A DNA stretch of 64,000 nucleotides. Source: Blautia sp. (lineage in GTDB: Bacteria; Bacillota; Clostridia; Lachnospirales; Lachnospiraceae). Below the pieces are notes generated by a model that searched no databases, had not been told where the DNA came from, and was given only the letters and a program-made list of their open reading frames with translations. The stretch is taken from NCBI GenBank assembly GCA_051880075.1, contig JBJENG010000013.1, positions 7,176-71,175 on the forward strand, given 5' to 3'. Each line of letters starts with the position of its first letter. Within the stretch, counting starts at the first letter, position 1. Positions 25,386 through 35,853 of the stretch are shown here, one piece after another. Both the position numbers and the translations under genes were made by a program.

Positions 25386-27134
25386 CTATTCACTTACCAG
25401 CCGGATTCTGCTGATATCCGGTTCGATAATCAGAGAATAATTGGTATAATATACTACAAATCCCGGCTTGGAACCATTTGGTTTTTTTACATGTTTTTTC
25501 TGAATATAATCAATTTCCACTTTCGGAGCGGTTCGTCCGCTTGAATAATACCCAGCAAGACGGCCTGCTTCTTCAAAGGTCCTGTCTGGAAGTTCCTCAT
25601 TGTTTGCTTTTACGATCACATGGGAACCTGCCATCTTCTTGGCATGAAACCACCAGTCGTTTCCTGTGGCAAATTTAAAGGTCAGTTCTTCGTTCTGATA
25701 ATTATTTTTTCCCACATAAATATCGTATCCGTCACTGGAAATGTAATGAAGGGGTTTGGATTTTCCCTGCATTTTCTTTTTGGGATTGGAAGAATGTTTC
25801 TTAATATATCCATACTCGGTAAGTTCCTCTTTAATCTGTGAGAGATCATTTTCCTGCTGGGCAATATCAAGAGCAGCCTGAATGGATTCCAGATGGAGAA
25901 TTTCCGTATCGGTATCGGCAATCTGTTCTTCAAGAGCCTGGGCAGTCCGTTTCAGTTTATTGTATCGCTCAAAATATTTCTTTGCATTTTCCTGCGGTGT
26001 CATAGTAGGATCCAGAGGAATGGTAATCTCTTCATTGGTATAGTAATTCAGGGCCTGAAAGGATTTACATCCTTCTTCCAGATTGTATCCGTAAGTATTG
26101 ATCAGTTCCCCGTAAACTTTATACTTATCCATTTTTCCGGTATCTTTCATCTGTTTGGTCTGAAGATCCAGTTTTTTTCTGTTTCGATCCAATGCAGTCT
26201 GTACAATTTTCCGCAGATCCGCAGATTTCTGACGGATGCGGGTAATCTGATTTTTTTCTGCATAGTACTGTTCCAGAACAGAAGAAACAGAATCATAGCT
26301 TTTCACAGGAAATCCTTTGTATTTCCACAAAGAAAATGCTGCATATTCCAGCGGTTCCCCTTCTTCACTATATACGATGTTCGGAGTAAACGCTCCGTTT
26401 TTCACATCTTCCATCATCCGTGAAAATGTATGGTACAGATGAAGCTTTGCCTCTTCGGAGAGAGCTGCAACCGGTTCACTTCCGTCCACAGAGCTTCTGC
26501 AGCAGATTTCTTCTGCAGCAGCGGGACTGAATCCAGTCAGAGAATTATAGATTGCCTTAGCTATATTGGTTGGTTTTGCGTATACTGTATCATAAAATTC
26601 CTGTTCCGTAATCTCCAGAGGATTTTTCTTTTCCTGTGTCTGCGGAATAAAATACTGCCGTCCAGGAAGAACCTCTCTGACAGAACTCATATTCAGAGAT
26701 ACATGCTTAATGCTGTCCAGAATCATGCGTTCTTCATTCAGAAAAATAATATTGCTGTGTTTTCCCATAATCTCCACTACAAGAATCTTATGACAAAGAT
26801 CTCCAAGCTCATTGAGATGTTCGATTTTAAATTCTATGACTCGCTCAAGACCAGGCTGAAGAACGGACATAATTTTTCCGCTTCCAATATGTTTTCGTAA
26901 AAGCATACAGAAGTTGGGGGCTGTAAGAGGACCCGGTTTATTTTTTTCGGTAAAATAAATCAAGGGCAGAGAAGCACTGGCTGAGATCAGAAGCCGATAC
27001 TGGGTCCGGTTATTTTTTATGGTCAACAACAGTTCATCCGCCTCCGGCTGGGCAATTTTATTGATTTTCCCACCTACAATGGTATCATTTAATTCTTTTA
27101 CTATATTTGCAATTGTAATTCCGTCAAATGCCAT
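25386..27134 (-). CDS. rqcH: RqcH/FbpA (NFACT) ribosome quality control factor
   Basis: MAFDG, FCMLLRKH, EIMGKHSN, VGKNNYQNE, WFHAK...GSHV. Confidence 0.93.
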   Translation of the reverse strand: MAFDGITIANIVKELNDTIVGGKINKIAQPEADELLLTIKNNRTQYRLLISASASLPLIYFTEKNKPGPLTAPNFCMLLRKHIGSGKIMSVLQPGLERVIEFKIEHLNELGDLCHKILVVEIMGKHSNIIFLNEERMILDSIKHVSLNMSSVREVLPGRQYFIPQTQEKKNPLEITEQEFYDTVYAKPTNIAKAIYNSLTGFSPAAAEEICCRSSVDGSEPVAALSEEAKLHLYHTFSRMMEDVKNGAFTPNIVYSEEGEPLEYAAFSLWKYKGFPVKSYDSVSSVLEQYYAEKNQITRIRQKSADLRKIVQTALDRNRKKLDLQTKQMKDTGKMDKYKVYGELINTYGYNLEEGCKSFQALNYYTNEEITIPLDPTMTPQENAKKYFERYNKLKRTAQALEEQIADTDTEILHLESIQAALDIAQQENDLSQIKEELTEYGYIKKHSSNPKKKMQGKSKPLHYISSDGYDIYVGKNNYQNEELTFKFATGNDWWFHAKKMAGSHVIVKANNEELPDRTFEEAGRLAGYYSSGRTAPKVEIDYIQKKHVKKPNGSKPGFVVYYTNYSLIIEPDISRIRLVSE

Positions 27135-27318
27135 AATAATCGCTCCATTCTGCTGCCGTAGAAGCAGCTCACTCTATTATATCGGAAAGAGAGGAACAAC
27201 GCAAGTTGAAGAAAGTGAAGAAAGTAAAAAAAGATTTGACTGTACTTTCTGATTGCTTTATAATAACCATGTATGTTTATGCCATGAGCAAATATGAAAC
27301 AACAGAAAAGAGTAAAAC

Positions 27319-28197
27319 ATGATAAAAAGCATGACCGGCTTCGGAAGAGCCGAGATGATTGATGAGGAAAAAAAGATTACGGTAGAAATGAAATCCGTAA
27401 ATCACCGTTATCTGGATGTCAATATGCGGATACCCAAAAAGTTAAGCAGCTTTGAGGCCGGAATCCGCAGTCTGCTGAAGCGTTACATTCAACGTGGAAA
27501 GATAGACCTCTTTATTACCTATGAGGACTATACACAAAGTCGGGTATCTGTAAAATATAACAGAGAAATCGCAGAACAATATCTGCAATATGCAGAACAG
27601 ATTTCCGATGCGTTTCATCTGGATAATAATGTAACTGTATCACATGTTATGCGTCTACCGGAAGTATTTACGATGGAAGAACAGGCTGTGGATGAAACAG
27701 AACTCTGGTCTTCTCTGGAAAAAGTACTGAGAGAGGCAGTAGAACGTTTTGTGGATACAAGAATTCAGGAAGGGAGCAATCTGAGCAGAGACCTTCTGGA
27801 AAAACTGGATGCCATGTATCTTAAGGTAGAACTGGTGGAAAAACGTTCCCCGGAAATCTTACAGGAATACAGAGAAAAACTGGAAAATAAATTAAAAGAA
27901 CTTCTTTCAGATGTGCAGATGGAAGAAAGTCGTATTGCTGCAGAAGTGATCCTTTTTGCTGATAAGATCTGTACAGATGAAGAAACCGTCCGTCTGAAAA
28001 GTCACATTGATCATATGAAAAAGGTTCTTACAGAGGAAGAGGGAGCAGGAAGAAAACTTGATTTTATTGCCCAGGAAATGAACCGGGAAGCAAATACGAT
28101 TCTTTCAAAGGCAAATGATCTGGAAACCTCTAATCTGGCTATTGATCTGAAAACAGAAATTGAAAAAATACGTGAGCAGATTCAGAACATTGAATAG
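27319..28197 (+). CDS. YicC/YloC-family endoribonuclease
   Basis: [42 protein letters not shown]. Confidence 0.95.
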   Translation: MIKSMTGFGRAEMIDEEKKITVEMKSVNHRYLDVNMRIPKKLSSFEAGIRSLLKRYIQRGKIDLFITYEDYTQSRVSVKYNREIAEQYLQYAEQISDAFHLDNNVTVSHVMRLPEVFTMEEQAVDETELWSSLEKVLREAVERFVDTRIQEGSNLSRDLLEKLDAMYLKVELVEKRSPEILQEYREKLENKLKELLSDVQMEESRIAAEVILFADKICTDEETVRLKSHIDHMKKVLTEEEGAGRKLDFIAQEMNREANTILSKANDLETSNLAIDLKTEIEKIREQIQNIE

Positions 28198-28207
28198 AGG
28201 CAGAAAT

Positions 28208-28480
28208 ATGTCAAAATTAATTAATATCGGATTTGGAAATGCGGTAAATACGGATAAAATCGTAGCGGTTGTAAGTCCGGATGCAGCCCCTGTGAAACGT
28301 ATGGTACAATCTGCTAAGGAAAACGGAAAAGCTATTGACGCCACACAGGGCCGAAAGACCAAGGCGGTAATTATTACTGACAGTGATATGCTGGTACTGT
28401 CTGCCCTGCAGCCGGAAACGATTGCGAAAAGATTCGGCGTATTTTCAGGAAATGATATGAAAGGGGAACAAGATGAGTAA
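28208..28480 (+). CDS. remA: RemA/DUF370-family protein
   Basis: LINIGFGN...[13 protein letters not shown]...LSALQPET. Confidence 0.9.
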   Translation: MSKLINIGFGNAVNTDKIVAVVSPDAAPVKRMVQSAKENGKAIDATQGRKTKAVIITDSDMLVLSALQPETIAKRFGVFSGNDMKGEQDE

Positions 28481-29105
28481 CAGGGGAATTTTAGCCATTG
28501 TATCCGGTTTTTCCGGTGCAGGAAAAGGCACATTAATGAAAAGACTTCTGGAGAAATATGACTGCTATGCCCTTTCCGTTTCGGCAACCACGAGAGCACC
28601 TCGTGAGGGCGAGGAACATGGCAGAGAATACTTTTTTCATACGAAAGAAGAGTTTGAAGAATTGATTCTTCAGGATGCATTGATTGAATATGCCCGGTAT
28701 GTAGATAATTATTACGGAACTCCAAAAGCCTATGTGGAAAAACAGCTGGAGGCCGGAAAAGATGTAATTCTGGAAATTGAGATTCAGGGTGCCTTGAAAG
28801 TAAAAGAAAAACTGCCGGATACCCTTCTTCTTTTTGTAACACCGCCTTCAGCAGAAGAACTGAAAAGGCGTCTGGAAGGAAGAGGAACAGAAACACCGGA
28901 AGTGATCGCATCCAGACTCAGCCGTGCTTCTGAAGAGGCAAAGGGTATGCCTCTTTATGATTATATTCTGGTAAATGATGATCTGGAAACATGTGTGGAT
29001 CAGATGCATGAAATCATTCAGAGCCAGCATAATACTGTTGCCAACAATACTTCATTTATAGAAAAAATTACGGACGAAGTAGCCGTATTTGCGAAAGGAG
29101 AATAA
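28473..29105 (+). CDS. gmk: Guanylate kinase
   Basis: [26 protein letters not shown]. Confidence 0.96.
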   Translation: MSNRGILAIVSGFSGAGKGTLMKRLLEKYDCYALSVSATTRAPREGEEHGREYFFHTKEEFEELILQDALIEYARYVDNYYGTPKAYVEKQLEAGKDVILEIEIQGALKVKEKLPDTLLLFVTPPSAEELKRRLEGRGTETPEVIASRLSRASEEAKGMPLYDYILVNDDLETCVDQMHEIIQSQHNTVANNTSFIEKITDEVAVFAKGE

Positions 29106-29106
29106 T

Positions 29107-29370
29107 ATGATACATCCATCTTACACAGAACTGATGCAGGCAATCAATAATGGAGCCGATGTTGAGGATGAACCGCTGGTAACCAGCCGCTATTCCATTG
29201 TACTTGCTACAAGCAAAAGAGCAAGACAGCTGATTGCCGGAAAAGATGCCATGGTTCATTCAAATGGGAAAAAACCACTTTCTACTGCTGTAGAGGAATT
29301 CTACAAAGGGAAAGTTCATATTCTTCCGGATTCCGACGAAGAAGAAACATCAGAAACTGAAAACGAATAA
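29107..29370 (+). CDS. rpoZ: RNA polymerase omega subunit
   Basis: SRYSIVLATSKRARQL...KPLSTAVEE; follows gmk. Confidence 0.93.
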   Translation: MIHPSYTELMQAINNGADVEDEPLVTSRYSIVLATSKRARQLIAGKDAMVHSNGKKPLSTAVEEFYKGKVHILPDSDEEETSETENE

Positions 29371-29445
29371 AAACGGGGGACTGCATGCACCTTGCTGCAG
29401 TCCTTTCTACCATTCATTTCATTATGCAAACAGACAAGGAGAAAT

Positions 29446-30786
29446 ATGAGAAAAGTATTATTTGTATCTCTTGGCTGCGACAAAAATCTTGCAGATTCCG
29501 AGGAAATGCTGGGATTACTGGTTGCTCACGGATATACCATAACCAATGATGAAACAGAAGCAGATGTGGCGGTGGTAAATACCTGTGCATTTATTCATGA
29601 CGCAAAGGAAGAGAGTATCTCTAATATTCTTGAAATGGCCCGCTATAAAGAAGAAGGTGTGCTGAAAGTACTGGCAGTCACAGGGTGTCTGGCTCAGCGA
29701 TATAAAGATGAAATTATCAAAGAAATTCCGGAAGTGGATGTGGTATTAGGAACTACCAGTTTTGATGCTTTGCTGGAAGCTCTGGACAAAGCCTTTGGCG
29801 GTGAAAAATATCTGGAATTTAAAGATATTTCCTACATGCCTGAATTTGAATCAAAACGTATGATCACCACCGGAGGACATTTTGAGTATCTGAAAATCGC
29901 AGAGGGATGCGACAAACATTGTACCTATTGTATCATACCGAAGCTGCGGGGAAAATATCGCAGTGTTCCTATGGAAAAACTCATCCGTCAGGCAGAATAT
30001 CTTGCAGAACAGGGTGTAAAAGAATTAATTCTGGTAGCGCAGGAGACCACCATTTACGGTATGGATCTTTACGGAGAAAAATCCCTTCATAAGCTGCTGA
30101 AAGAGTTATGCCGGATTCCCGGTATTTGCTGGATCCGTATCCTTTATTGTTATCCGGAGGAAATTTATCCGGAGCTGATTCAGGTTATGAAAGAAGAGAA
30201 AAAAATCTGCAATTATTTGGATCTTCCTGTTCAGCATGCCAGCAACAGAATCCTGAAACGGATGGGAAGACGCACCACCAAAGAAGAATTGAAGCAGATT
30301 GTATCCGATTTAAGAACTGCGATTCCGGATATCATCCTGCGCACGACTCTGATTACCGGATTTCCCGGGGAGACACCGGAAGATCATGAAGAACTGATGG
30401 ATTTCATTGATGAAATGGAATTTGACAGACTTGGCGTTTTCACTTATTCACCGGAAGAAGATACACCGGCTGCTGCCATGCCGGATCAGATACCAGAAGA
30501 AGTAAAAAAAGATCGACAGGCAGAGCTGATGGAGCTGCAGCAGGAAATCTCTCTGGATAAAGGAAATGAGAGAATCGGAAAGAACGTCCTGGTTATGGTA
30601 GAGGGAAAAGTCGCTGACGAAAATGCCTACGTGGGACGTACTTATGGAGATGCTCCCAATGTGGATGGTTATATTTTTATAAATACAGATACTGAACTGA
30701 TGTCCGGTGATTTGTGTGAAGTACATATTACCGGTGCACTGGAATATGATTTGATAGGAGAATTAAAAGATGAATACACCGAATAA
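29446..30786 (+). CDS. rimO: Ribosomal protein S12 methylthiotransferase
   Basis: SLGCDKN, NTCAFI, CDKHCTYC, DAPNVDG TRAM domain. Confidence 0.93.
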   Translation: MRKVLFVSLGCDKNLADSEEMLGLLVAHGYTITNDETEADVAVVNTCAFIHDAKEESISNILEMARYKEEGVLKVLAVTGCLAQRYKDEIIKEIPEVDVVLGTTSFDALLEALDKAFGGEKYLEFKDISYMPEFESKRMITTGGHFEYLKIAEGCDKHCTYCIIPKLRGKYRSVPMEKLIRQAEYLAEQGVKELILVAQETTIYGMDLYGEKSLHKLLKELCRIPGICWIRILYCYPEEIYPELIQVMKEEKKICNYLDLPVQHASNRILKRMGRRTTKEELKQIVSDLRTAIPDIILRTTLITGFPGETPEDHEELMDFIDEMEFDRLGVFTYSPEEDTPAAAMPDQIPEEVKKDRQAELMELQQEISLDKGNERIGKNVLVMVEGKVADENAYVGRTYGDAPNVDGYIFINTDTELMSGDLCEVHITGALEYDLIGELKDEYTE

Positions 30787-31312
30787 ACTTACAATTGCAC
30801 GTGTGATAATGATTCCATTTTTTGTAGCTTTTTTAATGTATGATATTGCAGGAAATGCAGGGAAATGGATTGCCCTTGCAATCTTTATTGTTGCCAGTCT
30901 TACCGATACTCTGGACGGTTATCTGGCAAGAAGAGACAATCTGGTCACCAACTTTGGAAAGTTTATGGATCCTCTTGCAGATAAACTTCTGGTCTGCTCT
31001 GCTTTGATCTGCTTTACAGCCCTTGGAAAACTGCCGGCATGGATCACCATCGTAATTATTGCAAGAGAATTTATTATCAGCGGATTCCGTCTGGTAGCTG
31101 CTGATAACGGGATTGTAATTGCAGCAAGCTATTGGGGAAAATTTAAAACAGTATCCCAGATGATTATGATCATTCTTATGATCATGGATATTCAGAATAC
31201 CGTATTCCAGACGCTGATCACTGTTTTTGTTGTAATTGCAGTTGCATTGACTTTGATTTCACTGATTGACTATATTGTTAAAAACAAACAGGTTTTAAGT
31301 ATGCAGGACTGA
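30770..31312 (+). CDS. pgsA: Phosphatidylglycerophosphate synthase
   Basis: DTLDGYLAR...FGKFMDPLADK. Confidence 0.95.
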   Translation: MNTPNKLTIARVIMIPFFVAFLMYDIAGNAGKWIALAIFIVASLTDTLDGYLARRDNLVTNFGKFMDPLADKLLVCSALICFTALGKLPAWITIVIIAREFIISGFRLVAADNGIVIAASYWGKFKTVSQMIMIILMIMDIQNTVFQTLITVFVVIAVALTLISLIDYIVKNKQVLSMQD

Positions 31313-31336
31313 TTTGTCTGAAAGGAGCGTTTACCT

Positions 31337-32602
31337 ATGACAACGGAGCTGATTTTTGTAGGAACAGAATTACTTCTGGGAGATATTGTTAACACCAATG
31401 GTGCTTATCTTGCTAAAAAATGTGCTGCTCTCGGTCTTTCTCTTTATTACCAGAGTGTGGTAGGAGATAATGAAGAACGTCTGGGGAAGATGATAAAAAC
31501 CGCATCAGAACGTTCGGATATTGTAATTTTATGCGGCGGTCTCGGACCTACCGAAGATGATCTTACGAAAGAGACTGCAGCAAAAGTAATGGGAAGAGAG
31601 CTTATCGAAAACAAACATTCCAGAAAACGCATCTCCGCATACATGGAGAATTATGTAAAAGGACATGAAGACAGAACGATTACTGATAACAACTGGAAAC
31701 AAGCTATGATTCCGGAAGGGGCCATTGTGATTGACAATGAAAACGGAACAGCTCCCGGTGTGATAATGGAAGAAGATCATTGCACACTCATTCTTCTTCC
31801 CGGTCCTCCCGATGAACTGATTCCCATGTTTGAAGATAAGATATTTCCCTATCTGCGCGGCCGTCTTCCTGAAATTATCTGTTCTGAGGTAATAAAAATC
31901 TGCGGAATCGGAGAGAGTCAGGCAGAAGACCGGATTCAGGATCTGATTCAGGCACAGTCCAACCCGACCATTGCTACTTATGCAAAGACCGGAGAAGTGC
32001 ATATTCGTGTAACTGCCAAAGCTTCCGATGAAAAGGAAGCACGCAAGTTGATGAAACCCATCGTGCGGGAATTGAAAGTCCGGTTCGGAGCCGGTATCTA
32101 TACGACTGATGAAGAGAAAACTCTGGAAGCAGCAGTAGTAGAACTTCTTCACAATCAGAATCTTACATTGACAACGGTAGAGTCCTGTACAGGCGGCGCC
32201 CTCTCTGCCAGAATCATCAATGTACCCGGAGCCTCCGATGTTCTCAAACAGGGTTTTGTTACCTATTCAAATCGCGCAAAAAAGAAATTTATTATGGTGA
32301 AAAAAAGCACCTTAAAAGAACATGGAGCAGTCAGTGAAAAATGTGCAAAAGAAATGGCAAAAGGAGGTTGTTTTATTACAGGCTCCGATGCCGCCTTATC
32401 CGTTACAGGGCTTGCAGGTCCCGATGGAGGAACAGAAACCACGCCGGTAGGAACCGTATTTATCGGCTGCTGCCTGAAAGGCAAGACCATCGTGAAAGAG
32501 TTCCATTTTAATGGTTCCAGAAATAAAGTACGTGACCAGGCAGTCACGTATTCTCTGATTTTACTCCGGGAATGTATACTGGAAAATTATCAGAACCGCT
32601 AA
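31337..32602 (+). CDS. cinA: Competence/damage-inducible protein CinA (NMN deamidase)
   Basis: VGTELLLG, GGLGPTEDD, ESCTGG. Confidence 0.94.
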   Translation: MTTELIFVGTELLLGDIVNTNGAYLAKKCAALGLSLYYQSVVGDNEERLGKMIKTASERSDIVILCGGLGPTEDDLTKETAAKVMGRELIENKHSRKRISAYMENYVKGHEDRTITDNNWKQAMIPEGAIVIDNENGTAPGVIMEEDHCTLILLPGPPDELIPMFEDKIFPYLRGRLPEIICSEVIKICGIGESQAEDRIQDLIQAQSNPTIATYAKTGEVHIRVTAKASDEKEARKLMKPIVRELKVRFGAGIYTTDEEKTLEAAVVELLHNQNLTLTTVESCTGGALSARIINVPGASDVLKQGFVTYSNRAKKKFIMVKKSTLKEHGAVSEKCAKEMAKGGCFITGSDAALSVTGLAGPDGGTETTPVGTVFIGCCLKGKTIVKEFHFNGSRNKVRDQAVTYSLILLRECILENYQNR

Positions 32603-32619
32603 TCGCTAAAACAGACAGT

Positions 32620-32666
32620 CAAAAACTGCTGCCCACTGTATGATTTCAGACGGGCAGCAGTTTTTG
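32620..32666. terminator. Bidirectional terminator
   Basis: caaaaactgctgccc / gggcagcagtttttg. Confidence 0.8.
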
Positions 32667-32668
32667 TA

Positions 32669-32992
32669 TTAGCGGAGTGTTTTGATCAACTGAAGCATAC
32701 GTTCCATTCTGGCAGTTTCTTCCGGTGATTTTCCCGTTTTCAGCACCTGGATTATGGCATCCACTTCCGGTTGCGTAAAATGCATTCCCCCTGGTTTATT
32801 CTGATTCTGTGAGACGGCTGACATAAGAAAGGGAAGAAGTTCCTGTATCCCTTTCCGACTGCCCTGCGCAGCAATGGAATTCAGAAGCTGAAGTTTTACC
32901 GGGTCAATTCCTCTGAGACTTCTGTCCTGTGTCCAGTCTTTTTCTCTGTCTTTCTCCTGCTCCTGCGGCTGATTTTTTCTGGTTCCGGTCAT
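32669..32992 (-). CDS. Hypothetical protein (probably sporulation-related)
   Basis: IDPVKLQLL...LLPFLM; coupled to upstream gene. Confidence 0.7.
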   Translation of the reverse strand: MTGTRKNQPQEQEKDREKDWTQDRSLRGIDPVKLQLLNSIAAQGSRKGIQELLPFLMSAVSQNQNKPGGMHFTQPEVDAIIQVLKTGKSPEETARMERMLQLIKTLR

Positions 32993-33327
32993 ACTTTATG
33001 ATTCTCTCTTTCCTGGGAAAGTTCAAAAATCTGAAACATGGCAAGTGTGTTCAGCATAGCGTCTATTTTTTCTTTTACAGGGCCATGGCAGACTTTACTG
33101 CAGGCTGCAAGCATTTCCACAGGATCTGATGCCGTACTTTCTCTGGATTGAATCTTCAGATCTGTAGACGGCTGGGAAAACAACTTTATGGTTCCCTGCA
33201 ATTCCAGAACTTTGGCATAAACAGAAGCAAACCTCTGCCCGTTTTTTGGAAGATAGGGCATAGCAGCTTTCAGAATTTCAATCGGATCATCCGCAATCAT
33301 TTCATCCAGAATATTCTGGGGCTCCAC
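32989..33327 (-). CDS. Hypothetical protein (probably sporulation-related)
   Basis: GTG after ggagggg; LKAAMPYLP; upstream gcATA...CATATGGT sigma-E-like promoter. Confidence 0.7.
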   Translation of the reverse strand: MEPQNILDEMIADDPIEILKAAMPYLPKNGQRFASVYAKVLELQGTIKLFSQPSTDLKIQSRESTASDPVEMLAACSKVCHGPVKEKIDAMLNTLAMFQIFELSQERENHKV

Positions 33328-33510
33328 AGGTATCCCCTCCCATTGGATATATTTTCTAAACCATATGCATAAAAGTCTGCTTTTATGCATGTTCCATATA
33401 ATTAACCGTTCATCCTCCAGATTCCAATCCCTGAACAGTTATATAGAAGCGTCATATGATAAAACAGAAACAGAAATTACAGATATCTCTGTGTCCGGAG
33501 GATGAAGCTT

Positions 33511-33648
33511 ATGGAAAAGGAAAAAACAAAACTTGTGGAAGAAGAAAATACGATTTATGAAATAGATTTGGAATGTCTGAAGAAAAAAGAAGAGGAAAAA
33601 AACAGACAACGAAAAGAAATTAAAAAGAAATCAGGCTGCCGCAAGTAA
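33511..33648 (+). CDS. 45-aa charged protein (not in ORF track)
   Basis: RBS ggagg; MEKEKTKLVEEENTIYEIDLECLKKK...; upstream CATATGAT. Confidence 0.55.
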   Translation: MEKEKTKLVEEENTIYEIDLECLKKKEEEKNRQRKEIKKKSGCRK

Positions 33649-33666
33649 GCGGCAGCCTTTCTTTTT
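33633..33666. terminator. Terminator
   Basis: aggctgccgc-aagtaa-gcggcagcct followed by ttcttttt. Confidence 0.75.
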
Positions 33667-33700
33667 GGTCTCTTTTGGTCTCTTTTTTGTTTAGAAAATA

Positions 33701-33934
33701 TCAGCAGAATCCATGATTACCGCATCCGCACAGAAGCAGCAGAATGATGATAATGCAGCTGCAGTCTCCATGTCTGTCATCTCTGTCACAGTCAAATCCG
33801 TTTCCGCAGAAACAAAGAAGTAACAGAATCCAGATGATACTGCTGCAGTCTCCTCCAAAAAATCCCCGTGATAATCCGCCTCCGCAAGAATCCTCACATC
33901 CGCAGCCACAATTTGTAGCAGCTAAATCACTCAT
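33701..33934 (-). CDS. Small Cys/Gly-rich protein (spore coat-like)
   Basis: MSDLAATNCGCGC...IIWILLLLCFCG; RBS ggagg; sigma-K-like ACA...CATATGAT upstream. Confidence 0.8.
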   Translation of the reverse strand: MSDLAATNCGCGCEDSCGGGLSRGFFGGDCSSIIWILLLLCFCGNGFDCDRDDRHGDCSCIIIILLLLCGCGNHGFC

Positions 33935-34010
33935 AGTTATTCCTCCATGGATTTTCATTACAGTTTCATCATATGTGAAAAACACAAAAGTGTGCATTCT
34001 ACTCTGAAAC

Positions 34011-35705
34011 TTATAAAGAAATCAGATTTTTAAAAATCTGATAGATATCCAGTATCCCATATCCCCACTCCCGGTTTGGATACATGCGATCATTGCCTCT
34101 TCTTGCACCACGAACAAGAAGCGCGGATAGTTCCGCTATATTAAATATTTTCTGGGGACGTCTTTTTGTACCCCATTCTACCAGCAAAGCGCAGGCTCCT
34201 GCAGTGATGGCTGCTGCTGCAGAAGTACCGGTAGCTGTAGAATATCCCCCGTTGGGAACAGGGCCGAATACGTTCACACCAGGAGCTGTGATCTGGGGCT
34301 TAACCCCGCCGGTAATGGTAAAGCCTCTGCTGGAATGAATGAATAAACTGTTATTATAGGCATTATAGGCAGCAGTGGTAATTGCATCTCCTGACACACC
34401 GGGAATCGTGATGGTAGTATCCGGATCCGGACGCAGAAAAATCACATCCGGATTGGAAAATCCGGTTACCGGAAGCCAGATATGAAACCCTCCCATATTC
34501 TGATTTCTGGCATAGACCCGGATTTTCCATACCCCCGGAGACGGTTTGATAAACCGCATAAAAATAAGCTGAGAGCCGGAAATTGTATGGATCACTTCAG
34601 AAACCACAAAAATCCGGGAATCTTCCAGAATAAAATTCAGTGTATCTCTATAATTTACTTTTACCGGTCTTCGCTGAATCACTTCCCCCAGTGGCGATTC
34701 AAATTCCACTTCATAGATTTCCGGTGGATTGCCCCATAATTCTGCCGTAAATCCCAGAGTACCCTGTGTAACCAGAATTTCTGCTTCTACTGATGCAGAC
34801 GCTGCAGGAGCCTGGTTAAAAAAGTGATGTGCCCTTCCTCCTTCGTTCCCTCCTGCTGTAATCACATAAGCCCCCCAGTAATTGGATATTTCACTAATCA
34901 TTTTTGATAAAAAAGCGTCTCCGGAATGTGGTCCCTGATTGGTTCCAAGGCCAATGCAGATAATTACCGGAAGATTTTGTTGTCTTGCAAGCAAAAGAAG
35001 ATAACGGATTCCCATCATAATATCGGTTTCCTGATAGACCGGTCCCGAACCTGTATAAAAAAATAATTCTTTCAGATATTCTTTGGCTTCTTTTAATTTT
35101 ACAACAGCAATGGCAGATTCCGGAGCAGCTCCGGAAAATTCATTTTCTGAAAGTGCACTTCCGGAAGCGACTCCTGCAAGAAAAGTTCCATGCCCCACCG
35201 CATCAACAGAGGGAACGATTGCATAGGGATCTTCCGACTGAATGGCCCTGTCAATATCTTCCTGCGAATAAGCACTTCCGTAGGGAATATCAAACGGTGT
35301 TGTTCCGGTCTGAATGGTCTGGTCCCATATACCAAGAATCCGACTGCTTCCGTCTGCTCTTCGGAATGCAGGATGCGTATAATCAATTCCCGTGTCAATG
35401 AATCCGATCAGTGTATTTTGTCCTTTTAATTCCAGAGCCGGCAGATTCTGCACTTGTGTAATACCGGAAGCTTCCAGACTAACTGTATCCATAAGAGAAT
35501 AGAGCTTTGGTATCAAAGCATAATACAGGCCATTTCTATAATAATCTTCAATCTGCTGGAATTGTCGCTTCCTGTGAAACATTCCAATATGAGCATTGAA
35601 CAGCTGCACCTGATCAGAAGAATAATCCTGTTCATATCCCGTATATACAGGAATAATAAAGTCCAGATAAGCATTGGACAGAATCATTTCACGTATATCA
35701 GCCAT
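34011..35705 (-). CDS. Csp-type subtilisin-like (S8) germination protease
   Basis: IDTGID, GHGTFLAG, GTSAAAA with long insert; YPNREWGYG. Confidence 0.85.
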   Translation of the reverse strand: MADIREMILSNAYLDFIIPVYTGYEQDYSSDQVQLFNAHIGMFHRKRQFQQIEDYYRNGLYYALIPKLYSLMDTVSLEASGITQVQNLPALELKGQNTLIGFIDTGIDYTHPAFRRADGSSRILGIWDQTIQTGTTPFDIPYGSAYSQEDIDRAIQSEDPYAIVPSVDAVGHGTFLAGVASGSALSENEFSGAAPESAIAVVKLKEAKEYLKELFFYTGSGPVYQETDIMMGIRYLLLLARQQNLPVIICIGLGTNQGPHSGDAFLSKMISEISNYWGAYVITAGGNEGGRAHHFFNQAPAASASVEAEILVTQGTLGFTAELWGNPPEIYEVEFESPLGEVIQRRPVKVNYRDTLNFILEDSRIFVVSEVIHTISGSQLIFMRFIKPSPGVWKIRVYARNQNMGGFHIWLPVTGFSNPDVIFLRPDPDTTITIPGVSGDAITTAAYNAYNNSLFIHSSRGFTITGGVKPQITAPGVNVFGPVPNGGYSTATGTSAAAAITAGACALLVEWGTKRRPQKIFNIAELSALLVRGARRGNDRMYPNREWGYGILDIYQIFKNLISL

Positions 35706-35853
35706 AAAAATTCCTTCCTTTCTTTTTTATATTTATATCGAACACATGGAAAAACATGATATAAAAAATTCTGCACGTATATGAAAACACCGGCTTCGTA
35801 CACATTCAAAAAGAAGAAGAATATCATAAAAGAAACGGGGTCTGGTATGAATT